Shown in pieces: positions 45,392 through 54,720 of a DNA stretch of 64,000 bases; the stretch's first letter is position 1; every line of letters starts with the position of its first letter. Source of the DNA: Nevskia sp. (GTDB lineage Bacteria > Pseudomonadota > Gammaproteobacteria > Nevskiales > Nevskiaceae); the NCBI GenBank assembly GCA_028291645.1, contig JAQGNU010000190.1:3113-67112 (forward strand), in the 5' to 3' direction. The notes below the pieces were generated by a model, which worked only from the letters and a program-made list of their open reading frames with translations, was not told where the DNA came from and did not search any database. The position numbers and the translations under genes are program-made.

Positions 45392-47122
45392 ATGAGCGCA
45401 AGCCCAGACCAGCATCGGAATCCCGGCGAGTGCTTTCGCGCCGCGCGCGATCTGCTGCTCGCGCATCGCGAAGACTACGCCAAGGCCTATGCTGAATTCC
45501 GCTGGCCGGAGTTGCCGCAGTTCAACTGGGCGATCGATCATTTCGACGTCATCGCGCAGGACAATCAGCGACTCGCCTTGTGGATCGTCGACCACGAGGG
45601 TGGTGAGGTAAAGCGCAGCTTCGAACAGCTGCGCGTCGCTTCAAACCGCTGCGCCAACTACTTGCGCGGCCTTGGCATCGGTCGCGGCGACCGTGTGCTG
45701 ATGATGTTGCCGAATACTGTCGAGCTGTGGGAGATCATGCTCGCCGCACTCAAGCTCGGCGTCGTGCTGAGCCCGGCGACGACGCTGCTGGCGCAGGCCG
45801 ATCTGGCCGATCGCATCGAGCGCGCGCAGATCACCACAGTCATCGCCGATACGAGCGTTGCCGAAAAATTCGATGGCGTCGCCGCATCGTGCCGCCGCAT
45901 CCTTGTCGGCGGCAATGCACCTGGCTGGAGCGCTTACGCCGACAGCGCAGCGATGCCGGAGATTTTTGCCGCGGATGGCGCGACCGCTGCGGATGATCCG
46001 TTCGTTCTGTACTTCACGTCCGGCACCACCAGCAAACCGAAGATGGTGATGCACACGCATCGCAGTTATCCTGTCGGGCATCTCAGCACGACCTATTGGC
46101 TCGGCCTGCGTGAAGGCGATGTGCATTTCAACATCAGCTCGCCGGGTTGGGCCAAGCACGCCTGGAGTTGTTTCTTCGCGCCGTGGAACGTCGGCGCAAC
46201 GATCTTTATCTACAACCAGACGGCGTTCGATGCGGCGCGCACGCTCGATACGATTGCACGTCATGGTGTCACCACGCTGTGTGCGCCGCCGACCGCGTGG
46301 CGCTCGCTGATTCTGACCGAGCTTGCGCAGTATCCGGTGCGCTTGCGCGAAGTCACCAGCGCCGGTGAGCCGCTCAACCCCGAAGTGATCGAGTGCGTCA
46401 AAGCGGCCTGGGGCTTAACCGTACGCGAGGGCTTCGGCCAGACCGAGTCCACGGCAATGCTCGGCAATACGCCAGGCCAGGCCGTGCGACCCGGTTCGAT
46501 GGGGCGGCCGCTGCCGGGCTATGCGGTGGACCTGCTCAACGGCGACGGGCAGCCCGCACTCGAAGGCGAAGTCTCGATCGCACTGAGTCCCCGGCCGGCC
46601 GGTCTGATGGCCGGGTACGACGGCGACGCTGCGCGCACAGCGCGTGCGCTCGGTGGCAGTCACTATGGCACCAGCGATGTCGCGCGGCGCGACGCCGAGG
46701 GTTATTACTGGTTCATCGGCCGCACCGACGACGTCTTCAAGAGTTCCGACTACCGCATTTCACCGTTCGAACTGGAGAGCGTGCTGATCGAGCATGCCGC
46801 AGTGGCCGAAGCCGCCGTCGTCGAAAGCCCCGATCCGAAGCGCCTGTGTGTGCCCAAGGCATTCGTGATGCTGAAGCCGGGTTTCGCGCCCGATCGCGAG
46901 ATCGCGCTGTCGATCTTCCGCTTCACCAGCACTCGTCTCGCGCCGTTCCAGCGCATCCGGGCAATCGAGTTCTGCGATCTGCCCAAAACCGTCTCAGGGA
47001 AAATCCGGCGCAATGAGCTGCGTGCGCTGGAGTTGCAACGCAGACGCGGCGGACAACGGGGCGAATGCGAATTTCGTGAAGAGCAATTCGTTGAACTGAC
47101 CAAAGCGCGGAGGACGCCATGA
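45392..47122 (+). CDS. AMP-binding acyl-CoA synthetase (medium-chain / aromatic-acid CoA ligase-like)
   Basis: LYFTSGTTSKPKMVMHTH...GFGQTE...YGTSDVARRDAEGYYWFIGRTDDVFKSSDYRISPFE...SGKIRR. Confidence 0.9.
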   Translation: MSASPDQHRNPGECFRAARDLLLAHREDYAKAYAEFRWPELPQFNWAIDHFDVIAQDNQRLALWIVDHEGGEVKRSFEQLRVASNRCANYLRGLGIGRGDRVLMMLPNTVELWEIMLAALKLGVVLSPATTLLAQADLADRIERAQITTVIADTSVAEKFDGVAASCRRILVGGNAPGWSAYADSAAMPEIFAADGATAADDPFVLYFTSGTTSKPKMVMHTHRSYPVGHLSTTYWLGLREGDVHFNISSPGWAKHAWSCFFAPWNVGATIFIYNQTAFDAARTLDTIARHGVTTLCAPPTAWRSLILTELAQYPVRLREVTSAGEPLNPEVIECVKAAWGLTVREGFGQTESTAMLGNTPGQAVRPGSMGRPLPGYAVDLLNGDGQPALEGEVSIALSPRPAGLMAGYDGDAARTARALGGSHYGTSDVARRDAEGYYWFIGRTDDVFKSSDYRISPFELESVLIEHAAVAEAAVVESPDPKRLCVPKAFVMLKPGFAPDREIALSIFRFTSTRLAPFQRIRAIEFCDLPKTVSGKIRRNELRALELQRRRGGQRGECEFREEQFVELTKARRTP

Positions 47123-47337
47123 AAAGCGCCGCAAAAATTATTGAAAGCAGAGAAGCAGTTCGACTCAAGGTCATGCGCGTGCATGTGCAGGCGGTCCAGG
47201 TCTGGTTCCTGTGTCCGGGCTGCAATGTCGCACTTGAAGGTTTTCTCAGCGATCCGCGCGGAATCAACGAAATCACCTGCCAGGACTGCGGCACCGAGTT
47301 CGACATTCCGAACGCGGCCGACATTGTCATCTGCTGA
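47119..47337 (+). CDS. 72-aa zinc-ribbon-like protein (CPGC...CQDC), unknown function
   Basis: The ATG overlaps the ligase stop codon (ATGA). Two CxxC pairs are 18 residues apart. Codon usage looks native. I recognise no family. Confidence 0.5.
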   Translation: MKSAAKIIESREAVRLKVMRVHVQAVQVWFLCPGCNVALEGFLSDPRGINEITCQDCGTEFDIPNAADIVIC

Positions 47338-47360
47338 AATGCAGTCTCCCGGAAAACGCC

Positions 47361-48638
47361 ATGCCTCTTGCCGAAAGTAGCGATCAAGCCGCGGTGCGGA
47401 TCGATCCGTTGCGCCATACCTTCAAGGTTTCGCGCCGCAGTTTCGTCGATCCGCAGATCCTGCGCGATGAGTACAAGAATATCTTCGAAAAATGCTGGCT
47501 CTATCTGGGTCACGAATCGGAGTTGAACAAGCCTGGCGATTTCGTCAATCGCGTCATCGCCAAGCGCGGCATCCTGTTCACGCGCGATGCGCAGAACACG
47601 TTCAACGCGTTCTTCAACGTTTGCCCGCATCGCGGCGCGCAGGTCTGCCGCGAGCGCAAGGGCAACGCCAAGTCGTTCCAGTGCTTCTACCACGGCTGGG
47701 TGTTCGGCTCGGATGGCAAGCTGAAAAGCCAGCCCGGACAGGACAGCTATCCGGCCGATTTCAATTGCGACGGCGCCGCCAACCTGGTGCCGGTGCCGCG
47801 GCTCGACAGCTATCGTGGTTTCTGGTTCATCTGCTTCGACCGCAGTGTGCAGAGCCTGTCGGATTATCTGGCCGGCGCCAAGGAGTGGATCGACATCGTC
47901 GCCGATCAGTCCGAGGCCGGCATGACGCTGGTCGGCGGCACCCAGGAATATCAGATCCGCGCGAACTGGAAGCTGCTGACCGAAAACAGCATCGATGGCT
48001 ATCACGCGATCAACACGCATGCGACCTACATCGATTACCTGAAGAACTCGCAAGGCAGCATGTCGGCGGTGCCGTTCGACGGCACCGGCTACGACCTCGG
48101 CAATGGTCACGCGGTGATCGAGTACCGCGCGCCCTGGGGGCGCCCGGTCGCGCAGTGGATTCCGTTGTGGGGCGAAGAAGGCAAGGCCGAGCTCGATCGT
48201 GTCTACCAGCGGCTGGTCGAGCGCTTCGGCGAGCAGCGCGCGCATCGCATCGCCTACTTCAACCGCAACATGTTCATCTTTCCGAACCTGGTGCTGAACG
48301 ACATCATGGCGATCACCGTGCGCACCTACTATCCGACCGCGCCGGACGCGATGCAGGTGTTCGGCTGGGCACTTGCACCAAAGGAGGAGAGCGCCTGGGC
48401 GCGCAAGTTCCGCCTGTCCAACTTTCTCGAATTCCTCGGACCGGGCGGCTTCGCGACGCCGGACGACGTCGAAGCGCTCGAACAATGCCAACGCGGCTAC
48501 GAGAACATGCGCGAAGCGCCGTGGAACGACATCTCCAAGGGCATGACCAAGGCGCGCGTGAACTACGACGACGAGCTGCAGATGCGCGCTTTCTGGACGC
48601 AATGGCAGGCATGCACCCAGGCAACGGCCGGCGCTTGA
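47361..48638 (+). CDS. Rieske non-heme-iron ring-hydroxylating oxygenase, alpha subunit
   Basis: Rieske motif CPHRGAQVC...CFYHGWVF. Catalytic-domain motif [13 protein letters not shown]. Confidence 0.9.
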   Translation: MPLAESSDQAAVRIDPLRHTFKVSRRSFVDPQILRDEYKNIFEKCWLYLGHESELNKPGDFVNRVIAKRGILFTRDAQNTFNAFFNVCPHRGAQVCRERKGNAKSFQCFYHGWVFGSDGKLKSQPGQDSYPADFNCDGAANLVPVPRLDSYRGFWFICFDRSVQSLSDYLAGAKEWIDIVADQSEAGMTLVGGTQEYQIRANWKLLTENSIDGYHAINTHATYIDYLKNSQGSMSAVPFDGTGYDLGNGHAVIEYRAPWGRPVAQWIPLWGEEGKAELDRVYQRLVERFGEQRAHRIAYFNRNMFIFPNLVLNDIMAITVRTYYPTAPDAMQVFGWALAPKEESAWARKFRLSNFLEFLGPGGFATPDDVEALEQCQRGYENMREAPWNDISKGMTKARVNYDDELQMRAFWTQWQACTQATAGA

Positions 48639-48648
48639 GGAGAATCGA

Positions 48649-49143
48649 GTGAGCGCAATTGCCGAGGTAACCCGGGACCAGGTCGAAGACTTCATGTTCT
48701 TCGAAGCGGAGCTGCTCGACGAGTGGCGCCTGAAGGATTGGCTCAAGTTGTTCACCGACGACGCCTGCTACTACGTGCCGACCACCGATAGCGCGCCCGA
48801 CGCGTCGCCGGATGTCGATCTGTTCTATGTAGCCGACGATCGCTTCCGCCTCGAACAGCGCGTCGAGCGTTTATTGAAGCGCACGGCGCACGCGGAATTC
48901 CCCAGATCGAAGACCCGGCATCTGGTCAGCAACGTACGCATCCGCGAACGCAGGGACGACGAGTTGATCGTCGGTGCCGCGGTATTGACGTATCGCACCA
49001 AGGCCGGCCTGACCGAAACCTATATCGGCAGCTATCGCTATCGTCTCGCGCTTCTCGCCGATGGCCTGCGTATTCGCGAGAAGCGTTGCATGCTCGACAT
49101 GGACGGTCTCAAGCCGAACGGTCGCATCAGCATCATCCTGTGA
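48649..49143 (+). CDS. Ring-hydroxylating dioxygenase beta subunit (SnoaL/NTF2-like)
   Basis: 164 aa: FFEAELLDEWRLKDWLKLFTDDACYYVP...RYRL. GTG start after GAGGAGAA. Confidence 0.85.
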   Translation: MSAIAEVTRDQVEDFMFFEAELLDEWRLKDWLKLFTDDACYYVPTTDSAPDASPDVDLFYVADDRFRLEQRVERLLKRTAHAEFPRSKTRHLVSNVRIRERRDDELIVGAAVLTYRTKAGLTETYIGSYRYRLALLADGLRIREKRCMLDMDGLKPNGRISIIL

Positions 49144-49154
49144 GGCAAGCCCGA

Positions 49155-50129
49155 ATGAACGTCCCTTTTCGTTATCGTCGTCTCGGTTACGTTGCGCTCA
49201 ATGTCACCGACGTTGCGGCCAGCACTGCTTTCTACGTCGATCAGGTCGGCCTCGCGCTGACCGAATCCAGCGAGACGTTCACCGCGCTGCGCTGCTCGCG
49301 CGATCATCACAACCTGCTGCTGTTTTCCGCGAGTGAGCCCGGCGTCAAACGCATCGGCTTCGAGCTGGCAAGCGCTGCCGATCTCGCCGCCGCACGCCGC
49401 TACATCGTTTCGCTGGGTGTGGCACTGGAGGAGGTTCCTGCCGCGGAACTGAAACAGTTGCGCACCGTCGCCGCGTTCCGCTTCCGGCTGCCGGGCAGCG
49501 GCCTGTGCTTCGAGTTCTTCGTGCAGATGATGCAGCTGGCGCAGGCTTTCAGGCCGACGGTCGCCAAGATCGAACGGCTCGGCCATGTCGTTCTCAACGT
49601 TGCCGACTTCGATCAGTCGCTGGGTTTCCTTACCGAGAAGCTGGGTTTCTGCGTCTCCGATTTCGTGCCCGGTTTCGCGGCGTTTCTACGCTGCTTTCCC
49701 AACCCGCTGCACCATTCGCTGGCAATTCTGACCGGCGCACACGATCACCTGAACCACGTCAACTTCATGGTGCAGGACATCGACGATGTCGGCAGCGCGA
49801 TGAACCGCATGAAGAAGGCCAATATCGAGATCGTGTTCGGCCCAGGTCGTCACCAGCCGTCGGAAAGCATCTTCCTGTATTTCCTCGATCCGGATCGCAT
49901 GACCGTGGAGTACAGCTTCGGCATGGAGCGCTTTCCGGAAGATGCCGCCCGTGAGGCGCGCTTGCTGGAGCCTGTTCCGGGGACGCTCGACAGCTGGGGC
50001 AGCGTGCCGTCGCCGGCGTTCGGTCAGATCGGCCGCATCGAGCAGGCCGGCGATGCGAATGCTGCTGTGCCATCGGCCGCGGCGTCCGTTGTGCGCGTGA
50101 GCGGTGAACCAAGCGGAGCCCTGGCTTGA
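49155..50129 (+). CDS. Type I two-domain extradiol ring-cleavage dioxygenase (VOC superfamily)
   Basis: LGYVALNVTDV...RLGHVVLNVADF...LHHSLAIL...LNHVNFMV...FLDPDRMTVEYSFG. Confidence 0.85.
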   Translation: MNVPFRYRRLGYVALNVTDVAASTAFYVDQVGLALTESSETFTALRCSRDHHNLLLFSASEPGVKRIGFELASAADLAAARRYIVSLGVALEEVPAAELKQLRTVAAFRFRLPGSGLCFEFFVQMMQLAQAFRPTVAKIERLGHVVLNVADFDQSLGFLTEKLGFCVSDFVPGFAAFLRCFPNPLHHSLAILTGAHDHLNHVNFMVQDIDDVGSAMNRMKKANIEIVFGPGRHQPSESIFLYFLDPDRMTVEYSFGMERFPEDAAREARLLEPVPGTLDSWGSVPSPAFGQIGRIEQAGDANAAVPSAAASVVRVSGEPSGALA

Positions 50130-50884
50130 GCGGCACGCTGCAAGGCCGCGTGGCCGTCGTCACCGGTGCCGCGCGCGGCATTGGCTATGCGATCGCCGAG
50201 CGCTTCGCGCGCGAGGGCGCGAAATTGGTGCTGGCAGATCTCGACAGTGCGCTGCTGCGCGAATCGGCGGCACGACTCACTGCTGCCGGCGCCGAAGTCG
50301 TTACCGAAGCGGGTGATCTTTCTCTGCAGGACGTCGCGCAGCGCACCATTGCCGCGGCGTCGAATCGCTACGGCCGCCTCGACATCCTGGCCAACAATGC
50401 CGGTGGCGGAATCCTGCGGCCATTCCTGCAGCACACGCCGGAAACCTTGCGCCAGACCATCGATCGCAATCTGTGGACTGCGATCTGGTGCTGCTGGTAC
50501 GCCTTGCCGCTGATGCAGGCGCAGGGCTATGGCCGCATCGTCAACCTCGGTGCCGATTCGGTGCGCAACGGACTTTGGGATCATGCCGCGTACAACGCCG
50601 CCAAGGGCGGCATGCACGGCATGACGACCGGGCTGGCACGCGAATTCGCGCGGTGCGGCATCACCGTCAACACGGTTGCGCCCTGTGTCGTCAACACGCC
50701 GCAACTCGCGGAGGTCGCCAGGCGCGATCCGGAACTGGCGTGTAAGGTCACCGCCATCGTGCCGATGGGCCGCGCCGGCGAAATGCACGAAGTCGCATCG
50801 ATGGTGGCCTACCTGGCGGCCGAAGAAGCGGCCTTCGTCACCGGGCAGGTGATCAGCGTCAACGGCGGCACCACGATGCTTTAG
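50126..50884 (+). CDS. SDR (cis-dihydrodiol dehydrogenase-type position)
   Basis: VAVVTGAARGIGYAIA...NNAGG...YNAAKGG...GQVISVNGG. The TTG start overlaps the upstream stop codon (TTGA). Confidence 0.88.
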   Translation: MSGTLQGRVAVVTGAARGIGYAIAERFAREGAKLVLADLDSALLRESAARLTAAGAEVVTEAGDLSLQDVAQRTIAAASNRYGRLDILANNAGGGILRPFLQHTPETLRQTIDRNLWTAIWCCWYALPLMQAQGYGRIVNLGADSVRNGLWDHAAYNAAKGGMHGMTTGLAREFARCGITVNTVAPCVVNTPQLAEVARRDPELACKVTAIVPMGRAGEMHEVASMVAYLAAEEAAFVTGQVISVNGGTTML

Positions 50885-50913
50885 CCGATCAACCTCGCCA
50901 ACTACAAATCAAC

Positions 50914-51240
50914 ATGTCGAACCTCATGTCGAACCTGTTAGCCATCTGCGCCGCCGACGAAGTGCTCGAAGGCGAGATCAAGGGCGCCGCACTGCCGGAT
51001 GGCACGCGCATCGCGCTGTTCAACCTGCATGGCGCGTACTACGCCACCAACGATACCTGCACACATGAAAGCGCCTCCCTGTCGGAAGAGGGCATGGTGG
51101 ACGACCAGAACGTCATCTGCGGCTGGCACTTGTGCGGCTTCGAAATCGCCACCGGTGCGGCGGTGGCAACGCCTTGCAGCGAGCCGCTGCAAACCTATCC
51201 GGTCAAGCTGATCGACGGGATCGTGCATGTCGAGTACTAG
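50914..51240 (+). CDS. Rieske-type [2Fe-2S] ferredoxin component
   Basis: CTHESASL...CGWHLCGF (CxH...CxxH), 108 aa. Confidence 0.85.
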   Translation: MSNLMSNLLAICAADEVLEGEIKGAALPDGTRIALFNLHGAYYATNDTCTHESASLSEEGMVDDQNVICGWHLCGFEIATGAAVATPCSEPLQTYPVKLIDGIVHVEY

Positions 51241-51919
51241 GTCACGCGTGACGTCCGGAAATGCGCGCGCGCGCGTGCCGGCATCCAAGCCAGTCAGAGG
51301 TCCGCACAAGCGGCGCACGCAGGCCGAGCGCACCGACGAGATGCGCCTGCGGCTGGTCGAAGCGGCCGCGCTGGTGCTGCGGCGCAAAGGCTACGCCGGC
51401 TTGCGCACCGACGAAGTGTCGCGCGCCGCGAAAGTCTCGCGCGGCGCACAGCAGCATCACTTCCCGACCAAGGACAGTCTGGTGCTGGCGACCGCCGCAC
51501 ATCTGCTGAAAGCCGGACTCGACCGCGGATTGTCGCGTGCGCGCAGCACCGACAAGAGCGCCGATCCGATCGAAGCCATCATCAACGATTCGACCGAGTT
51601 CTTTCTCGGTCCCGACTTCAATGTGATTCTGGATCTGGTGCTCGCCGGCTCCAAGGATCGCGATCTGCGCGATCAGGTTTACGCGCAGACACGCACCAGC
51701 CGGTTGGCGGTGGAAGAGGCCTGGCTCGCGGTGCTGTGCGACAGCGGCCTGTCGCGTGCAGATGCCGAAACCGCGCTGTGGCTGACCTTGAGCATCGTCC
51801 GCGGCTTCGCGGTGCGCGCGCTGTGGCAGCGCGACGAGCAGTTGTTCCGGACGCTGCTGGATCAGTGGAAGCTGATCCTGGCGGGTCATCTGAAAAATCT
51901 GAAGGGAACCAAACGATGA
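51227..51919 (+). CDS. TetR family transcriptional regulator (embedded in the catabolic operon)
   Basis: [47 protein letters not shown]. Overlaps the ferredoxin gene by 14 nt and the hydrolase gene by 4 nt. Confidence 0.85.
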   Translation: MSSTRSRVTSGNARARVPASKPVRGPHKRRTQAERTDEMRLRLVEAAALVLRRKGYAGLRTDEVSRAAKVSRGAQQHHFPTKDSLVLATAAHLLKAGLDRGLSRARSTDKSADPIEAIINDSTEFFLGPDFNVILDLVLAGSKDRDLRDQVYAQTRTSRLAVEEAWLAVLCDSGLSRADAETALWLTLSIVRGFAVRALWQRDEQLFRTLLDQWKLILAGHLKNLKGTKR

Positions 51920-52797
51920 GTCTCTGGCTGGATATGCTCGGTGCGGAAATCCGTTATGTCGAAACGCCGAATTTCGGCCGCATCCGGATTGCGGAAGCCG
52001 GCCCCAAGGAGGCACCGGCGATTCTGTTTCAACACGGCATCGGCGGGCATCTGGAAGCGTACTGCAAGAACCTGCTGCCGCTGGCGGACGAGTTTCATAC
52101 GATCGCGTTCGACTATGTCGGGCATGGCCTGTCGACGCGCAAGCCGATGGAGTACACGCCGCCGGTGCTGGCCGAACAGCTGCGCGAGCTGATGGATGTA
52201 CTCGGCCTGCAGCGTGCGCATCTGTCGGGCGAGTCGCTCGGCGGCTGGGTCTCCGGCTTCTTCGCGGTGAAGTATCCGCAACGCGTCGATCGCCTGATGC
52301 TCAACACCAGCGCCGGCATTCCGATCGTCAGCGCCAAGGGCCGCGCCGACATGGACCAGCTGATGGAGCTGTCGAAGAAAGCCGCGGGGCAGGCGCCGAC
52401 CTACGACAGCGTGCGTGCGCGCATCGGCTGGCTGATCCATCCCGACAATCATCGGCTGATCACCGACGAACTGGTGAACCTGCGCCTGCGTTACTACACG
52501 ATGCCGGAAGGGCGCGAAGTCTCGCCGATGGTGAATCGCATGCTGCCGCGTCACGACGAGTTTCTGTTGCCGCTGGAGCAGATCAGGAATCGCACGATGC
52601 TGCTGTGGACGCGGGACAACCCGATCCACGATCTCGAGTGTGCGCAGGCTGCGTGTGCGCGCATCGCCGGCGCCGAGTTGTACGTGATGCGGGCCGACGC
52701 TGCGCATTGGCCGCAGTACGAAGCGCCCGAGGAATTCAACAAGCTTGCACGCCGCTTTTTCGGCGGCGCCGGCGGGAAAAATGGAGCAGACACTTGA
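51916..52797 (+). CDS. Meta-cleavage-product (C-C bond) hydrolase, alpha/beta fold (BphD/MhpC-like)
   Basis: [16 protein letters not shown]...[14 protein letters not shown]...[10 protein letters not shown]...[12 protein letters not shown]. Confidence 0.85.
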   Translation: MSLWLDMLGAEIRYVETPNFGRIRIAEAGPKEAPAILFQHGIGGHLEAYCKNLLPLADEFHTIAFDYVGHGLSTRKPMEYTPPVLAEQLRELMDVLGLQRAHLSGESLGGWVSGFFAVKYPQRVDRLMLNTSAGIPIVSAKGRADMDQLMELSKKAAGQAPTYDSVRARIGWLIHPDNHRLITDELVNLRLRYYTMPEGREVSPMVNRMLPRHDEFLLPLEQIRNRTMLLWTRDNPIHDLECAQAACARIAGAELYVMRADAAHWPQYEAPEEFNKLARRFFGGAGGKNGADT

Positions 52798-52811
52798 GCC
52801 GGATCGAGCCG

Positions 52812-53615
52812 ATGCCGGCGGCAGCGTCCGCTGATGAGCTGATCAACCGTGCGGCAGCGCGATTGCGACAGGCGTATGTCTCGAGCACGCCATGTGAACC
52901 GGTGAGCGATTTGCTGTCGCCGGGCGATCTCGACGGCGCCTATCGCGTGCAGGAGACCAACACCGAGTTATGGCTCGGCGAAGGACGCCGTCTTGTCGGC
53001 CGCAAGATCGGGCTGACATCGGCGGCCGTGCAGAAGCAGCTGGGCGTCGATCAACCGGACTACGGCATGCTGTTCGCCGACATGGCGATCAGCGACGGCG
53101 AACCGATCGCCTCCGGACGTGTGCTGCAGGCCAAGGCCGAGGCTGAAGTTGCCTTCGTGCTGGAGCGCGCTGTCGACGTCGAGCAAGCAACCGTCGCTGA
53201 CCTGATCTGCGCGATCGGTTACGCAGTCGCCGCGATCGAAGTCGTCGGCAGTCGCATCGCCAACTGGGACATCCGGCTGGTCGACACGGTTGCAGACAAT
53301 GCTTCCAGTGGCCTTTTTGTGCTGGGCAATACACCGTTCAGGCTCGATGGTCTCGACTTGCGCAATTGCCGGATGCAGATGACGCAGAACGGCGTTGCGG
53401 TGTCGTCCGGCAGCGGCGCGGCCTGCCTGGGACATCCGCTCAACGCGGCGTTGTGGCTCGCACGCAAGATGGTGCAGATGGGGCGGCCGCTGGGTGCCGG
53501 CGATATCATTCTGTCCGGAGCGCTCGGGCCGATGGTCGCTGCACGCCCCGGCGATATATTCGAAACGCAGATCGTCGGACTTGGCTCGGTGCGCGCCGCT
53601 TTCGCTGCAGACTGA
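52812..53615 (+). CDS. 2-keto-4-pentenoate hydratase (MhpD/BphH family). Alternative TTG start at 52794
   Basis: [26 protein letters not shown]...EAEVAFVL...IEVVGSRI...DNASSG...[13 protein letters not shown]. Confidence 0.9.
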   Translation: MPAAASADELINRAAARLRQAYVSSTPCEPVSDLLSPGDLDGAYRVQETNTELWLGEGRRLVGRKIGLTSAAVQKQLGVDQPDYGMLFADMAISDGEPIASGRVLQAKAEAEVAFVLERAVDVEQATVADLICAIGYAVAAIEVVGSRIANWDIRLVDTVADNASSGLFVLGNTPFRLDGLDLRNCRMQMTQNGVAVSSGSGAACLGHPLNAALWLARKMVQMGRPLGAGDIILSGALGPMVAARPGDIFETQIVGLGSVRAAFAAD

Positions 53616-53653
53616 ATCCATATTCCGCGAGGCCAGGCCTTTCAAACCGCAAC

Positions 53654-54430
53654 GTGACCGACGTTAACAGTAGCCGCAGCCGATCCCGCCTGGTGGCACT
53701 CCACGGCGCGGTGAACTTCCGCGATTTCGGCGGCTACCGTGCAGCCGATGGTCGCCAGGTGAAGTGGGGCCAGCTCTACCGCTCCGACTCGCTGGCGGAA
53801 CTGACGGTTGCCGATGTCGAGATCCTTGCCGCGCTGGGCCTGCGCACGCTGTGCGATCTGCGGCATGCCGACGAGCGTGCGCACAAACCGGATCACGTGG
53901 ATGTCGTTTCCAAGCTGAAGATTCATGCGCTCGGCTTTTATCCGACCAAGGCGCAGGAACTGCTGGCCGGTGTTCGAGCGAATCATTTCGATGCTGCCGA
54001 CGTCGAGTCTCATCTGCGCGAGGCTTATGCGCGATTCCCGCTGGACCAGTTGGCGATCTATTCGCGCATCATGAATATATTGCTGGAAGCCGCTTCGTTG
54101 CCCTTCCTGATTCATTGCACCAGCGGGAAAGATCGCACCGGCTTTGCCGCCGCAGCGATCCTGATGGCGCTGGGCGTTTCGCGCGATGCCATCCTCGAAG
54201 ACTATCTGTTGACGAATCGGTATCAGCGCGACCTGTCGTTCATGCTGGGGACCGACATCGATCCGGCGGTGATGATCGCGCTGACGCAGGCACATCCCAG
54301 CTATCTTGCCGCTGCGTGGCAGACGATCGATCAAACCTGGGGTTCCGATCAGGCGTTCGTGCACGAGGGCCTGGGTTTGCATGCGAGTGCCCAGACGCGG
54401 TTGCGCGCCTTGCTGCTAGAACCCCTTTAA
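53654..54430 (+). CDS. Protein-tyrosine-phosphatase-like protein (Y_phosphatase3 type)
   Basis: NFRDFGG...LYRSD...LRTLCDLR...active-site loop FLIHCTSGKDRTG. GTG start is in frame. Confidence 0.8.
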   Translation: MTDVNSSRSRSRLVALHGAVNFRDFGGYRAADGRQVKWGQLYRSDSLAELTVADVEILAALGLRTLCDLRHADERAHKPDHVDVVSKLKIHALGFYPTKAQELLAGVRANHFDAADVESHLREAYARFPLDQLAIYSRIMNILLEAASLPFLIHCTSGKDRTGFAAAAILMALGVSRDAILEDYLLTNRYQRDLSFMLGTDIDPAVMIALTQAHPSYLAAAWQTIDQTWGSDQAFVHEGLGLHASAQTRLRALLLEPL

Positions 54431-54444
54431 AACAAGCTTTAGGG

Positions 54445-54720
54445 ATGTTGCCGGCCAATCTCACCGTGTCGATGAACATCGATTACCTGGATCGCAGCCT
54501 GCCGGGCGAGTGGCTGGAAGCCGATGCATCGATTTCGAAAATGGGCCGGCGTCTGGCCTTCGTCAGTTGTCAGGTGCATGCGAAGACGCGAATGGTTGCC
54601 CGCGCCAGCGGCGTCTGGCTGCTGCAATGGCGGGATCAGTCTGTTGCTGGCGCAGCAGGCGGCGGTACGAACACTGATTCCAGCACGAACGGATCGTCGA
54701 ATTCACTGCGTCCGATATAG
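54445..54720 (+). pseudogene. Possible C-terminal fragment of a PaaI-type hot-dog thioesterase
   Basis: LTVSMNIDYLDRSLPGEWLEADASISKMGRRLAFVSCQVHAKTRMVARASGVW looks like the last ~55 aa of the fold. The N-terminal half is absent. The 3' tail overlaps the convergent gene by 85 nt. Confidence 0.35.

Noticed and set aside
47119-47337. Rubredoxin for the AlkB/XylM-like hydroxylase.
   Set aside because: The Cys-pair spacing is 18 residues, against about 30 in rubredoxins. The CxxCG/CPxCG motifs and conserved aromatic residues are missing. The ORF is also located in a different operon. I kept it only as an unknown Zn-ribbon ORF.
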